This document shows, one piece after another, positions 27,229 through 40,482 of a DNA stretch of 64,000 nucleotides (positions are counted from its first letter, which is position 1; every line of letters starts with the position of its first letter). Location: assembly GCA_002189035.1 (NCBI GenBank), contig NEEC01000009.1, positions 1-64,000 of the forward strand, read 5' to 3'. Below the pieces are notes generated by a model. That model did not search any database, was not told where the DNA came from, and saw nothing but the letters and a program-made list of their open reading frames with translations. Position numbers and translations under genes: made by a program. The stretch comes from Utricularia gibba (Eukaryota > Plantae > Magnoliophyta).

Positions 27229-27468
27229 AAATTCAGGATCCGATGGGTCGGGCGAGCATACACGTGAAGTTCAAGTATACAAGAAACGTGGATCACAATA
27301 GAAAAGATTAGGACCAACCAATTACTTGTAATATGTAGTTTCTTATATACTAGACTATTCCACTTTCATTTTCCGATGCATCTCCTTGTTTTTTCCTTTT
27401 TTTTTTAACTGAAACTCAAACCAGAATGAAACCCATCTTGGCCACCCAAGCTGTGCCGTGAGGCAAAC

Positions 27469-27803
27469 GCTCTGATACCATGTTGTTGCAAGAAAAATAG
27501 AGTCTTGGGAAGTAACAAAAAGGTAATACTTATGAGATCACCTTGGATTAAAAACGATTCATGAACAATAAGAATGACCAAAAACCTTATTGACACGCAT
27601 TCCTAATAGGGTTTATTTATACCCAATACCTAGATTACACAACAGTGGGCCACAATCATTGAAAACACACAAAAAGCCCAACAACTCGAATCCAACACTT
27701 CCATGCTCGAACTCAACACCTTTTTATCTGAAATATAACATTATGACACAAGATTAGTGCTTTCAATCACCTTCAAGCTTTGGATTGAGGCTGATCTCCA
27801 ACA
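27469..27803 (-). mobile_element. Copia LTR (323 bp) with PBS-Met
   Basis: GCTCTGATACCA 27469-27480; LTR TGTTG...CCAACA 27481-27803. Confidence 0.92.
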
Positions 27804-29536
27804 CTTCTTTGTGTGAAAAGTCCAGCAGGGCACGTCCTTCTGATCTTGGTGTTTCAATTCTATTTAGAGTCCCTAAAATCCTCCTTTCAAAAGCTAAATG
27901 ATTCTCTTCCAAGGATTAGGTTCCCTTGTTGGTCGGTTTCCAAACAAGTATTCCCTTTCGAAGTGCATAGAGTGCTCAATGTTCCTTCTCTATGTGCTAT
28001 GTGAACATATGATAGGAAATGGAGAGGAGTGTGGACCCACACTCCTAGCAACATGGTTTTAACCATGGAATTCATGGCTAAATATGTCAAACTTGTCTGA
28101 GGCATTCCTATGGGATAAGCCAGTTGTTATGGTCTGTGACATCAATTGCTGGGGTTTAGCATAGTACCTCTCTAATGATCATGGTTATGTATGAAATCAA
28201 TAAGGGATGGAGCCCACACCGGTATGGGGGTTGTTTTTATTAACCAATGAAGATGAAGCAAGTGCTATCTAAAGGAAGGACCACATGGCAACCTCAGGAT
28301 AGAGGGTATGCTGACTCATGGAGTCTCTTAAGTTCTGGAGGATAGAGTTGCTTTGAGTTGTTGAGGAGATACCTTAGGAAGTAGAGTTGTGGAAGGAAGG
28401 GGGTGTTAGAGCTAAAGAGGAAGGAATTTCGTGGAATTAGCCATAAGAAAGGGATTACTTCTGTAGGAAGGTAAGTGGGATGAGTGCTACTGTTTTTAGA
28501 AGCATGTCTTGATGCTTCTCTGGAACATATGTGATTAATTGACTATGTGTTATTATATGTTGTCTTAGAAAGATTTCTTTCATGTTTTCATTAACCCGTT
28601 TTTCTTCCCTGTTCTTCTTTGTGTGAAAAGTTCAGCAGGGCACGTCCTTCTGATCTTAATGCTTCAAATCTATTTAGAGTCCCTAAAATCCTTCTTTCAT
28701 AACCTAATTTCTTATTTTCCAAGGATTAGGTGCCCTTGTTGGTCAGTTTCCAAACAGGTATTCCCTTTTGAAGTGTATAGAGTGCTCAATGTTTTTCCCT
28801 ACGTGCTATGTGAACTTATGATAGGAAATGGAGAGGAGTGTGGACCCACGCTCCTAGCAACATGGTTTTAACCATGGGATTCATGGCTAAATATGTCAGA
28901 CATGTCTGAGGCATCCCTATAGGGTAAGCCAGATAAGAAAGGCCAGGGAGCACGTTATATGCATGCTATGGTCTGAGTTTAGAGGTGGTGTTCGGTTGGT
29001 GGCTCTTCTGAACACTGCTAAAGGACTTAGGCAATACATGACCCATTTCCTAAGATCTGGAGGTGATGCCTAAGCTGAAGGGTCAAGGGGATTGGGCAAA
29101 GATAGAGAATGGGACTCACTACTTGGATATGTGCTTGGCTTTGAGATTTTATGCTCAAACACTCTTTCTTCACTTCATGCACGTTTATCTTTTACCAAAC
29201 TTCAGTAGCATGACCACTTCATGTTTTAACTTGTTCCAGGTGTAGAGGGGAATGGCTGAAGGTCTGGTGGTCAACCAAACTAGAGGTTTTCCCATAGAAG
29301 TTGTGGCATGTCGTGAATAGCTGTTGAAACCTTAGCTATGTTGTGAGGAATGTGCTAAGTAGGCTGGACGTAGTTACTTTTGCATGTTTGAACGGTTGTG
29401 AGTTAATATATATGTAGCCAACTTAATGTTATTTCTCCATGCTACAAAAGGGGTTAAGTAGCCTTGAGTCCTAACGTTTGATGGGGTTTGGCAATCATGT
29501 CTCATGCCTCTTGGGCCCTAGGCATGGGTCCTGACA
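27804..29536 (+). mobile_element. Large gypsy (Tekay/Del-like) LTR ~28125-29536, preceded by a partial duplicate (27804-28123, similar to 28614-28931)
   Basis: Ends GGGTCCTGACA; reverse-complement homologue at 53532-54895 sits next to a PBS. Clade inferred from the terminus only. Confidence 0.7.
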
Positions 29537-29539
29537 CAA

Positions 29540-31556
29540 TGGAGAAGTTGTTAGTGAAGATGATCATGATCTCGTGGAGACAGAAGGTGAATTGAGTAAT
29601 AAGGATGATTTGCCTTTCTCTGGAAAAGTCTGTCACTCGAAGTACACTTAACATTGGAGTGAAGCATGATGATAATTAAAGGGAAAATATATTTCAAACA
29701 GGGTGCAGCCTGATTATTAATGGATGTAGTTGCACTAATGTTGCCAACAAAATCTTGGTATAGAAATTAAAACTACCAACTATGAGGCATCTCAAACCCC
29801 TACGATTTGCAGTGGTTCAACAAAGAAGGTGAGGTGAAGGTGACAAAACAAGTGCTTGTGGCATTTTCCATTGGGAAATATGAAGATAAAGTCCTATGTG
29901 ATGGTGTCCTTATGGTTGTTAGTCGCATTCTTCTTGTGAGGCCTTAAGAATATGATAGAATAGCATTCCATGATAATATCAAGAACAAGTATTCGTTCAG
30001 CTATATTGACGCTCTATCACACTTGCTCTATTATGTAAAAAACAGCCACATGAAGATCAACTGAGAATTCTTAGTAATGTCAAAGCCCTCAATAGTGCTA
30101 ACAGAAAGCACAAGAAGGTCATGTCTAAAGGAGATGAGATGAGTGGAGAAGAACAAAAAAGAGAGTGGAGTGAAAATGAGTGAAAAAAAGATTCGAAAAA
30201 GTCGAGATAAAAGAAGAGATGAGTAGGAAATGAGTGGGAAAAAGAGTGAAATAAAGTACAAAACATGAGAGTACTAGAAATTGAGAGAAAGAATTAGATT
30301 CTCCTAGCAAGCCCAAGTGAGATTAGACATTCACCTTCATGCTAGGCAAACACTCCCTCCACTTATATACAAGGATGAAGTTCCAAGTTTCTCTAAAAAT
30401 ACTTCACCCATTCCATCATGTATTTTGTCTCTCTTACAGATATCTGAAGATATATTTCCGGAAGAACAAGATAAGCACCTCCCCTTAGATGGATTGAGAA
30501 CCAAATTGACCTTGTGCCTGAAGCACAAGTCCCAAACCAACCAATATACTGAGCCAATCAGAAGGAGACCTTGTGCATGAGAGCATGAGCGCTTGCTCTT
30601 TGCCGATATTATTGGTTCCTGAGTCTGATAGAACTTGCAGTATGTGCATTGATTGTCACGCGATCTACAACATCAGCTTAGAATGAAGGAATGATGAGCC
30701 CCAGGAAGATAATGAAGTGTATTTAAAGAATGATGAGAAGTTTGTCCAAGTATAAACATTAGAGACAAAGATGATTCCAACGGGACCAATGACTAGGACC
30801 AAGAGCAAGATGCTTGAATATACACTTAAGGCTCTACTCAATACAATTGGAATCAAACATGGTCTTGAAGACATCCCATCAACATAGCTCAGCTACTTGA
30901 AGATGGATTTATCTTAGAGCATTGGGCTTGTTGTTTGGACCAATTAATGTTAGAGCCCAATCATAGAGAATAAATACTCTAAAATTGTACTCTTTAAGGA
31001 CTTTTAGTCATTTTCATGTATGTTGTGAGGATTCTCTTCTTCTTTGAGTGCTTGTACACTCTTCACTTATCAATCTTTGAGCTTATGGCGTCCTAGGATT
31101 ATCACTTCCAATCCCTTCTCTTTTCTGAAGTGTGGCTCCTAATTTTCTTTGTTTCGAAGTCTAGTTGCAAGATATTCATTCTCTTGAGGGTAGACTTGGG
31201 TGGGATATTTTCTAAGCTTCAAAATCACCTTTTGTTCGTGGGTTGCTAATCTCTTTAGATTAGAGGGTCACATCAAGGAACGTGATAAATGGAAAAGCAC
31301 TTTTAAAACTAAGTTTTTTTTCTATGAGTGGGTTGTTATGCCTTTTGATTTAGCTTCGTAGTTTTTTTATTTGGATGATATTCTTAGAGTATTGAGGAAG
31401 ATGTTGGAAATTTGAAGGATGTGTTAAATGTTCTTAGAAAGAGAAGTTGTTTGCTAACAACATGTAGGTCCACTCCACATTCAATATTGCTGACTGAGTT
31501 CCTTGTGATGTAGATGGTGACGATTCAGGGATGAATCGGCTAAAAGAAGGAGGGGA
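29540..31556 (+). mobile_element. Degenerate CRM gag/protease/RT and integrase-end fragments
   Basis: Colinear with 37230-38470; RT (RMKEGDEWK-like) split by a solo LTR; PPT AAAAGAAGGAGGGGA before 31557. Confidence 0.85.
30692..31275 (+). mobile_element. CRM solo LTR (type A) with 5-bp TSD AGGAA
   Basis: TGATGAGCC...CACATCA; AGGAA at 30687-30691 and 31276-31280. Confidence 0.95.
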
Positions 31557-32443
31557 TGATGATATCATGAATGATATATATGATCTGAATGAACATATAG
31601 GATAGTAGATCAATAATGCCTCATTGATTTCAATTGAGCCAATCACAAGAAATAATCAAGAGACGCTTAAGGGCTTTTGGGCCAATCAATAAATCTTTGG
31701 GGTGTTTGACATAGAGTTCAACTTTCTTAAAGTGGACCAACTTGATTACAGGAGGCTCATTACTCCCAAATACATTATTACTCTTACTTTTCTTGTGAAA
31801 AGGCCCAATCTTTCATCTATATAAGAAAGCAATTACTCTTGTTTTGAACAACTTTGATTGTAATCACTTTTAACAACAATTCTCCTTCCTTGAATTCTTG
31901 TATAAATTAGATTTATCAAACCTTAATTGTGGTGTGTAGTATATGGTTTATCACTCCCAATTCTTTCATTGATTCAATGAGTGTGGTTGTTGGAAATCAG
32001 CCTCAATTTAGAAATTGAAGGTGATTGGAAGCATTAATTTTGTGTCATAATGTCATGCTTCAGATAAAAAAGGTGTTGGTTTCGAGCATAGAAGGGTTGG
32101 GTTCGAGTTGTTAGCCTTTTTGTATGTTTTCAATGAGTGTGGTCCATTGACGGTTAACCTACGTATTGGGTATATATAAACCCTATTATAATTGCGTGTC
32201 AACATGTTTTTCGGTCATTCTTATTGTTCATAAGTCATTTTTCATCCAAGGTGATCTCATAAGCATTACCCCTAAGTTACTTATCAAGACTCTATCTTTC
32301 TTGCATCAACAGTGGTACCATTTCATATTTTGGGTTGCAATGATCTTTTAATGGTTGAGGGCCAACTTCTTTTCCTTGTAGGATTGATTCTTTTCAACCA
32401 AGATCGGGTTTTCCAATCATTTGTTGATTGGAGGCCAAATCTT
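31557..32443 (+). mobile_element. CRM-type LTR (type B) interrupted by a copia solo LTR
   Basis: TGATGATATC start after PPT; homologous to 33664-34151 and 55846-56348. Right end approximate. Confidence 0.8.
31988..32311 (+). mobile_element. Copia solo LTR with TSD GTGGT
   Basis: TGTTGG...CATCAACA; GTGGT at 31983-31987 and 32312-32316. Confidence 0.95.
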
Positions 32444-32499
32444 GATGTAGGATATGTTGAAAGAGTAACGGGTGGACACACACGTGAATACAAGGAATT

Positions 32500-34611
32500 T
32501 ACTATGATTTTAAAGATATTTATCTTTCATGTGAAAATAAACCTCTTGAAAACTTTCACGAGCAAGATGATTTTCTTTTCATAACGAACAGATTATGCAT
32601 TCCTCAATATTCAATTCGTGAGTTTTTAGTAAAAGGGGCTCATAGTGGTGGTCTAATGGGGCATTTTGGAGTCATCAAGACGTTGGACATACTTCAACAA
32701 CAGTTCTATTAACCACACATGAGAGGAGATGTGGAAAGAATCTGTGGAAGATTTTTGGTGTGCAAGACAGCCAAATCAAAATAAATTTCTCAAGCACTGT
32801 ACACTCCTCTTCCTACTCCTCTTTACCCTTGGATTGATCTTTGTATGAATTTTGTTTTAGGATTACATAAGACTCAAAAAGGATTGGATTCTATATTTGT
32901 AGTCGTAGACAAATTCTCCAAGATGCCACATTTCATCCCTTGTCACAAGACTGATGATACTTCGCATGTTGCCGATCGTTAGTGATCGTGACACAAAGTT
33001 TATCAGCCACTTTTTGCTTACACTTTGGAGTAAGTTGGGAACAAAACTTCATTTCTCTACCACTTGTCATCCCCAAACTGATGGACAAACCAATGTAACT
33101 GAACCCTAGCTACCTTACTTTGAGCCATCATCAAAAACAATATTAGAGCATGTGAAGATTGCGTACCTCATGTTGAGTTTGCATATGATAGAGTGGTACA
33201 CTCTTGCACTCGTTGTTTTACTTTTGAAATTGTGTATGGTTTTAATCCTAGAGCACCTATAGACTTGTTGCCCCTTCCATCTTATGAATTTCATAGTTTT
33301 GATGGTGCTAAGAGACTAGATGCTATCAGAACACTACATGAGAAGGTTTGAAATCAACTGGAAGCCAAAATAAGGAGTATGTAGTTAAAACGAATAAATA
33401 TAGTAAAAAAGTTACTATACAATCAGAAGATTGGGTTCGGGCACATTTTCGAAAAGATATATTTCCAATGAAAAGACATTCAAAGCTTTCACCAAGAAGA
33501 AATGGACCCTTTTAAGTAATTGAGAAAATTAATGACAATGCTTATAAGATTGATGTTACAGGTGAGTATTCGGTCAACTCCTTATTCAATATTGCTGACT
33601 TTATTCTTTGTTTATTGAGAAAAACAAGGCTATATCTGCTAAAAGAAGGGGGGGGGGGGGGGATGATGAGATCATAGATGCTATAGATGATATGAATGAA
33701 AATAAAGGACAGAAGATTAATAATTCTTCATTTATTTCAATTGGACCAATCACTAGTTCAATAGCAAAAAAGAATCAAGAGATGCTTAAGGTCCTATTGG
33801 TCAATCAACCAAGCTATGAGGTGTTTGACATAGAATTCAACCTTCTCAAAGTGGACCGACTTGATTAGAGAAGATCCATTACTCCCAAATATAATTATTA
33901 CTACGTTTCTTATAAGCTATGAGGTGTTTTGAACAACTTTAATGGTTATCACTTTTGAGAGCAATTCTCCTTCTTTGAGTTCTTGTAAAACTTCAGACTT
34001 AAAAAGTCTCGCTTGTGGTGTCTAGTATGTGCTTCCTTTATCACCCTCAATTCCTTCCTTTATTCTGTGAGTATGGTTTCATTTCAAAGGTTGGGTTGCA
34101 AGAATTTTTCAATCCTTGAGGTCCAACATCTTTTCCTCGAGGGTTGTATCATGCTCCTATCATCCTTTTGAGATTAATGAATCATGTTCTTAGGTGTTTT
34201 ATAGGAAGATTCGTAATTCTTTATTTTGATAATATTCTGATCTATTGCAAGAGTATCAAGGAACATGTGGGACATTTGAAAAATGTGTTACATATTATAA
34301 AAAAATAAAAGTTGTTTGTTAACATTAAAAAGTGTGTGTTTTGCACAAATAGTATCTCTTTTCTTCGATATGTTGTAAGTGGTGTAGGAGTAGTTGTGGA
34401 TGAAGATAAAATTAGAGCAATCAAAGAATGGCCAACACCTACATCATTTGGTTTAGCAACATTTTATAGACGGTTTTTTTAAGGGATTCAGCTCTATAAC
34501 AGCACCTCTCACAAAATTGATTAAGAAAAATCATGTATTTCATTAGGGAGACGAGCAGCAACATGCCTTCAAACAACTAATAGATAAGCTTTGGTCAACA
34601 CCTCTCCTAGC
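32500..34611 (+). mobile_element. Degenerate CRM integrase, PPT, type-B LTR (33664-34151) and RT remnant
   Basis: DNA homology to 39270-40440 and 38330-38790; poly-G PPT ~33640-33663; GPITSSIAKK motif in the LTR frame. Confidence 0.82.
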
Positions 34612-36262
34612 TGATGAGCCCCAGGAAGATAATGAAGTGTATTTGAAGAATGATGAGGAGTTTGTTCAAGTGAACAAATTAGAAAGAAAGATGATTCCAC
34701 CAGGACCAATGACTAGGAGCAAGACAAAGATGGTTAAAGATACACTTAAGGGTCTACTCAATACCATTGGAATCAAACATGGGCTTGAAGACATCCCATC
34801 AAAAGAGCTCAACTACTTGAAGATGGACTTAACTTAGAGCATTGGGCTTGTTAGACTTTTCTATTTCATTTAGTTTGGACTATGTAATGTTAGAGCCCAA
34901 TTCTAGAGTATAAATACTCTAGAGATGTACTAATTCAGGATCTTTGGTCATTTTATGTATCTTGTGAGGATTCCCCTCTCCTTTGAGTGCTTGAACACTC
35001 TTAACTTATCAAGCTTTGAGCTTGTGGCGTTCTAGGATTATCACTTCCAATCAATCTCTCTTTTCTGAAGTGTGGCTTCTAATTTTCTTTGTTTCGAAGT
35101 CTGGTTGCAAGAGATTTATTCTCTTGAGAGTAAACTTGGGTGGGTTCTCTTCTAAGCTTCAAAATCACCTCTTTTTTGTGGGTTGCTAATCTCTATAGAT
35201 TAGAGGGTCACATCATTTTGGTATCAGAGCTTTGGGTTCCTTATAATTATTATTATCCAGTTCTTGTTTGAGTTCTTCCATTCCTGCCTATTCAAAAAAA
35301 AAAAAAAAAAAAAATCGTTCAAGCCAAGTCCTTATTACTTTTGGCTTTAGTACAAAAAAAAAAGGGAGGTTCACGGGAAGTTGATTGAAGAAGAGCTCGA
35401 AATTGAGTGTCAATTGAATAGCAAGAACACATTGAATATCATTTTCAAGTGTGCAAGAGGATAAGGAGTGTGAAGGTGAACATCCATTACCCATCACTGT
35501 CATCCATTATTATGTATGTTTAAATTGTGGCCCACCTCTCTACTTTTCCTATTCCACCAACCAACCACTTTATTGTTGTTTTTCTTATGTTCAATTCCCA
35601 TCCCCTGTCCCCTGTCATTCACGTGTCCCCACCTTTCCATTTGACTATTCTCTTTGTTGATTGCCCATTCCTGTATTTCTATAGTTTAGCAAGCAACACA
35701 TTTCGTGTCTAGTTCTCTATTCTCTGATTTCATCTGTTCTTACCTTGTTGTCCATCCTTCCTATTCATCTATTCCAACAAGCAACCAAATTAATTTAAAC
35801 ACTTCCCTTTGTCTCCATCTTGAGACTATTAATACTGCCACCCTCACCTAACTCCATCATTATACTATAATCAATACCAATCTGTAAGTGATTAATTCGT
35901 TAGATGCCATGAGAACAAGCATGATGACATTAAAGAGTGCATCAAGGACTTGAAGCTTGAGTATTGAGTGGTAAATCTTGTGTGTGTTTCTTTGTTCTTT
36001 TTAGTTTATTCTCTTTTCTTCCTTCCTGCTCGTTTTCTTTTGTCCAGTATTTAGGATGTCAAATTCCAGAAGTGAGCATGAAAAGGATGACTCACCGGAT
36101 GGGAGGTTCACTTTGAAAGCTATGCAACAGGAGTTCACTAGATTGCATCGCATTCTGGAAAACATAAATGTCAGGCTTGATGAACACGAAAATTCTTTGC
36201 AAAATGTTGCAATAGCATGAAGACAAGATAATTATACTGCTGGAAGGGGTCGAGGTAGTCAA

Positions 36263-37395
36263 TTGCATCAACGCATCAACACTGAACATGACTTAAGTGA
36301 TCAACGAAGTGCAAGGACTGTTGGAAGAAGAGATCGAACCCTGAATACTGATGAAGAAGATGACTACATTGAACATAGTGAAAATGATTTTGTGCATGGG
36401 GATACAAGAAGATTTCGAGATCAGGGAGGTAGAAGAGACGGAGGAAGAATTGGAAAGGATGTTAACAACATCAAGATGAAGATACCTCAATTTCAAGGAA
36501 AGAATGATCCAGATGCATATCTCCAGTGGGAAACAAGAGTAGAACATGTCTTTGATTGCAACAATTTTTTTGAAGAAAAGAAAATCAGATTGGCCTCCAT
36601 GGAATTTAGTGACTATGCTGTAATTTGGTGGGATCAATTGGTAGCTAAAAGAAGGATTGACTCTGAAGAACCAATTTATACTTGGGCCGAGATGAAAAGA
36701 GTTATGAGGAGGCGGTTTGTTCTAAACCATTACCAAAGAGATGTTTATCAACGTTTGCAAAATCTCAAGCAGGGCTCAAGGCCAGTGGAGGAATATTGGC
36801 AGGAAATGGAGATTTTAATGATTAGACCTCATGTTCAGGAAGATAGAGAAGCAACTATGGCTAGGTTTCTTCATGGGATGAATAAGGAGATTGCAAATAT
36901 TATGGAGCTTCATCACTACATTGAGATGGAGTACATGATTCATATGGCCACAAAGGTTGAGAAACAACTATCTAGCAAGAGTTTCGCAAGAGATTTCAAC
37001 AAGAGGACTTCTGGTTCGAAATTTGGGGGCACCAATGAGATGATGGAGAGAAATAAAGGAAGTCATCCATGGAACACTTCAAATTCGACATCCAATCAAG
37101 TTCCAAGCAAGGGGAGCGAACAACACCTCCAAAGGGAACTACCAGAAACATAAAATGTTTCAAATGCTTGGGACTTGGACATATTGCTTCTGAATGCCCA
37201 AATAAACGAGCAATGGTGATTAGGGGCAATGGCGAAGTTGTTAGTGAAGATGATGATGATCTAGTGGAGACAGAAGCTGAAGTGAGTGATGAGGATGAAT
37301 TGCCTGTTTCTAGAGAAGTATTAGTCACTCGAAGGACGCTTAACATTGGGGTGAAGGATAATGATGAGCAAAGGGAGAACTTGTTTCAAACCTGA
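36263..37395 (+). pseudogene. gag: CRM gag (frameshifted; CCHC CFKCLGLGHIASEC)
   Basis: ORFs 36263-37153 and 37069-37395 overlap in different frames. Confidence 0.9.
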
Positions 37396-38797
37396 TGCTT
37401 TGTTAATAGGAAAGTTTGCAGCCTGATTATTGATGGAGGTAGTTGCACCAATGTTGCTAGCAACATCTTGGTGGAGAAATTGGGACTACCCACCGTGAGG
37501 CATCCTAAGCCTTACAATCTGCAGTGGTTCAATGAAGGAAGTGAGGTAAAGGTTACCAAACAAGTGCTTGTGACGTTTTCCATAGGGAGATATGAAGATG
37601 AAGTCCTATGTGATGTTGTTCCTATGCATGCAAGCCATATTCTTCTTGGGAGACCTTGGGAGTGAAAACATGAGAGTTTTAGAAATTGAGAGAAAGAATG
37701 AGAGTCTATTAGCAAGGCCAAGTGAGATTAGACACTTACTTCATGCTAGGCAACCATTCATTCTACTCATGTATAAGGATGAAGTTCCTACTTCACCTAA
37801 CCATGCTTCATCCATTCCATCTTGTGTTGTGTCTCTCTTACAGGTATATGAAGATGTTTTTCCAGAAGAACTTCAAGGCTTACCTCCCCTTAGAGGGATT
37901 GAGCATCAAATTGACCTTGTCCCTGGAGCACAACTCCCAAACCGACCAGCATACCCAGCCAATCCAGAGGAGACGAAGGAAATACAAAAACAAGTTGAGG
38001 AATTGGTGTCTAAAGGATTTGTGCGTGAGAGCATGAGTGCTTGCTCGGTGCCGGTGTTATTGGTTCCAAAGTCTGATGGAACTTGGCGGATGTGCACTGA
38101 TTGTCGCGCCATCAACAACATCACAATCAAGTATAGACATCCTATCCCTAGACTTGAAGATATGCTTGATGAATTGCATGGTGCTTGTGTTTTTAGTAAG
38201 ATTGATTTGAGAAGTGGATATCATCAGATTAGAATGAAGGAAGGTGATGAGTGGAAAACTGCTTTTAAAACTAAGTTTGGTTTGTATGAGTGGGTTGTTA
38301 TGCCTTTTGGGTTAACCAATGCTCCTAGCACCTTTATGAGATTGATGAATCACGTTCTTAGGCCTTTTATAGGTAGATTTGTTGTTGTTTATTTTGATGA
38401 TATTCTGATCTATAGTAAAAGTATTGAGGAACATGTAGGGCATTTGAAAGATGTGTTAGATACTCTTAGAAAAGAGAAGTTGTTTGCTAATATCAAAAAG
38501 TGTGTCTTTTGCACAAATAGTGTCTCTTTTCTTGGATATGTTGTAAGTAATGCAGGAGTAGCTGTGGATGAAGAGAAAGTAAGAGCAATCAAAGAATGGC
38601 CAACACCTACATCAGTGGGTGAAGTTAGGAGTTTTCATGGTTTAGCAAGTTTCTATAGACGGTTTGTTAGGGACTTCAGTTCTATAGCAGCACCCCTCAC
38701 CCAGTTGATCAAGAAAAATCATGCATTTCATTGGGAGATGAGCAGGAACATGCTTTCAAACAACTCAAGAATAAGCTTTGCTCAACACCTCTCCTAG
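37396..38797 (+). pseudogene. pol: CRM protease and reverse transcriptase (interrupted)
   Basis: SLIIDGGSCTNVAS at ~37410-37460; [23 protein letters not shown] in ORF 37592-38797. Confidence 0.93.
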
Positions 38798-40482
38798 TAC
38801 TTCCAAATTTTTCTGATACTTTTGAAATTGAATGTGATGCATCAGGTTTAGGGATTGGTGCTGTGTTGATGCAAAAGGGACGTCCACTTGCTTATTTTAG
38901 TGAGAAGCTTCATGGTGCCACCCTCAACTATCCAACATATGACAAAGAGTTGTATGCGTTGGTTAGAGCTTTGGAGACATGGCAGCACTACTTATGGCCT
39001 AAGGAGTTCGTGATACACACTGATCATGAGTCTCTCAAACATTTGAAGGCTCAAGTAAAGCTGAATAGAAGACATGCTAAGTGGGTGGAATTCATTGACA
39101 CATTCCCATATGTGATCAAATACAAGAAAGGTAAGGAGAATGTGGTTGCTGATGCTTTATCTCGAAGGTACACTCTCTTAGCCAATCTTGATGCAAGAAT
39201 TCTTGGATTTGCTTCCATCATTGACTTATATGTTCATGATCACGATTTTAGGGATATTTATAAGGCATGTGAACTTGCTACATCTGGACTATTCTTCAGG
39301 AAAGATGGTTTTCTTTATAGGAAAGATAGGCTGTGCATTCCTTCTTGCTCCATACGTGATTTGATTGTTAGCGAAGCTCATGGTGGGGGACTAATGGGAC
39401 ATTTTGGTGTTAAAAAGACTCTTGATACTCTCACCCAACATTTCTTTTGGCCACACATGAGAAGGGATGTTGAAAGAATTTGTTCTAGATGTATCTCTTG
39501 TAGGAAGGCTAAATCAACAACTGCCCCTAATGGTTTGTATACTCCACTCCCTACTCCTTCCCAACCATGGGTGGACATTTCTATGGACTTTGTTTTAGGC
39601 TTACCTCGTACCCAAAGGGGTAGAGATTCAATTTTCGTTGTTGTGGACAGGTTTTCAAAGATGGCACACTTTATTCCCTGCCATAAAACTGATGATGCAT
39701 CTCATGTGGCTGATCTCTTCTTTAGGGAAGTTGTTAGACTTCATGGTATGCCCCTAACTATTGTCTTTGATCGAGATGCAAGGTTTCTTAGTCACTTTTG
39801 GAGAGTTCTTTGGAGTAAACTTGGCACTAAGCTGTTATACTCAACAACATGTCACCCTCAAACCGATGGGCAAACTGAGGTAACTAATCGCACACTTTCT
39901 ACCTTACTTAGGATTATGATTAAATCAAATCTTAAGACTTGGGAGGAATGTTTGCCACTTGTTGAGTTTGCTTACAATAGAACCATGCATCTGACTACTA
40001 AATTATCTCCATTTGAAGTCGTTTATGGTTTTAATCCTCTTACACCTTTGGATATGTTACCTTTGCCTTGTGATGAGAAAGTTAGTTTAGATGGCAAGAA
40101 GAGAGCTGATGCAATCAGAAGATTGCATGAAAAGGTGAAACAACAGATTGAATGCAACAATGCAAAGTATGCATCAGCAGCAAACAAGGGCAGATGCAAA
40201 GTTGTATTTGAACCTGGAGATTGGGTTTGGCTTCATCTTAGGAAGGAGAGATTTCCCACAAAGAGAAAGTCCAAACTTCTACCTCGTGGAGATGGCCCTT
40301 TCCAAGTTGTTGAGCGCGTTAATGATAATGCGTACAAGCTAGATTTACCAGGTGAGTATTCTGTTCATTCAACTTTCAATGTTGCTGATTTGTCTCTTTT
40401 CGACATGGATACAGATTCAGGGACGAATCTTCCTAAAGAAAGGGGGATGATGAGCCCCAGGAAGATAATGAAGTATATTTAA
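38731..40482 (+). CDS. pol: CRM RNase H and integrase; frameshifted just before the LTR-encoded C-terminus
   Basis: ECDASG, TDHESL, ADALSR; HHCC; DFV / DRD / QTE catalytic triad; GPF motif. Confidence 0.93.
   Translation: MGDEQEHAFKQLKNKLCSTPLLVLPNFSDTFEIECDASGLGIGAVLMQKGRPLAYFSEKLHGATLNYPTYDKELYALVRALETWQHYLWPKEFVIHTDHESLKHLKAQVKLNRRHAKWVEFIDTFPYVIKYKKGKENVVADALSRRYTLLANLDARILGFASIIDLYVHDHDFRDIYKACELATSGLFFRKDGFLYRKDRLCIPSCSIRDLIVSEAHGGGLMGHFGVKKTLDTLTQHFFWPHMRRDVERICSRCISCRKAKSTTAPNGLYTPLPTPSQPWVDISMDFVLGLPRTQRGRDSIFVVVDRFSKMAHFIPCHKTDDASHVADLFFREVVRLHGMPLTIVFDRDARFLSHFWRVLWSKLGTKLLYSTTCHPQTDGQTEVTNRTLSTLLRIMIKSNLKTWEECLPLVEFAYNRTMHLTTKLSPFEVVYGFNPLTPLDMLPLPCDEKVSLDGKKRADAIRRLHEKVKQQIECNNAKYASAANKGRCKVVFEPGDWVWLHLRKERFPTKRKSKLLPRGDGPFQVVERVNDNAYKLDLPGEYSVHSTFNVADLSLFDMDTDSGTNLPKERGMMSPRKIMKYI

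Noticed and set aside
33648-33662. Poly-G run as a regulatory G-quadruplex
   Set aside because: It is an expanded polypurine tract directly before an LTR.
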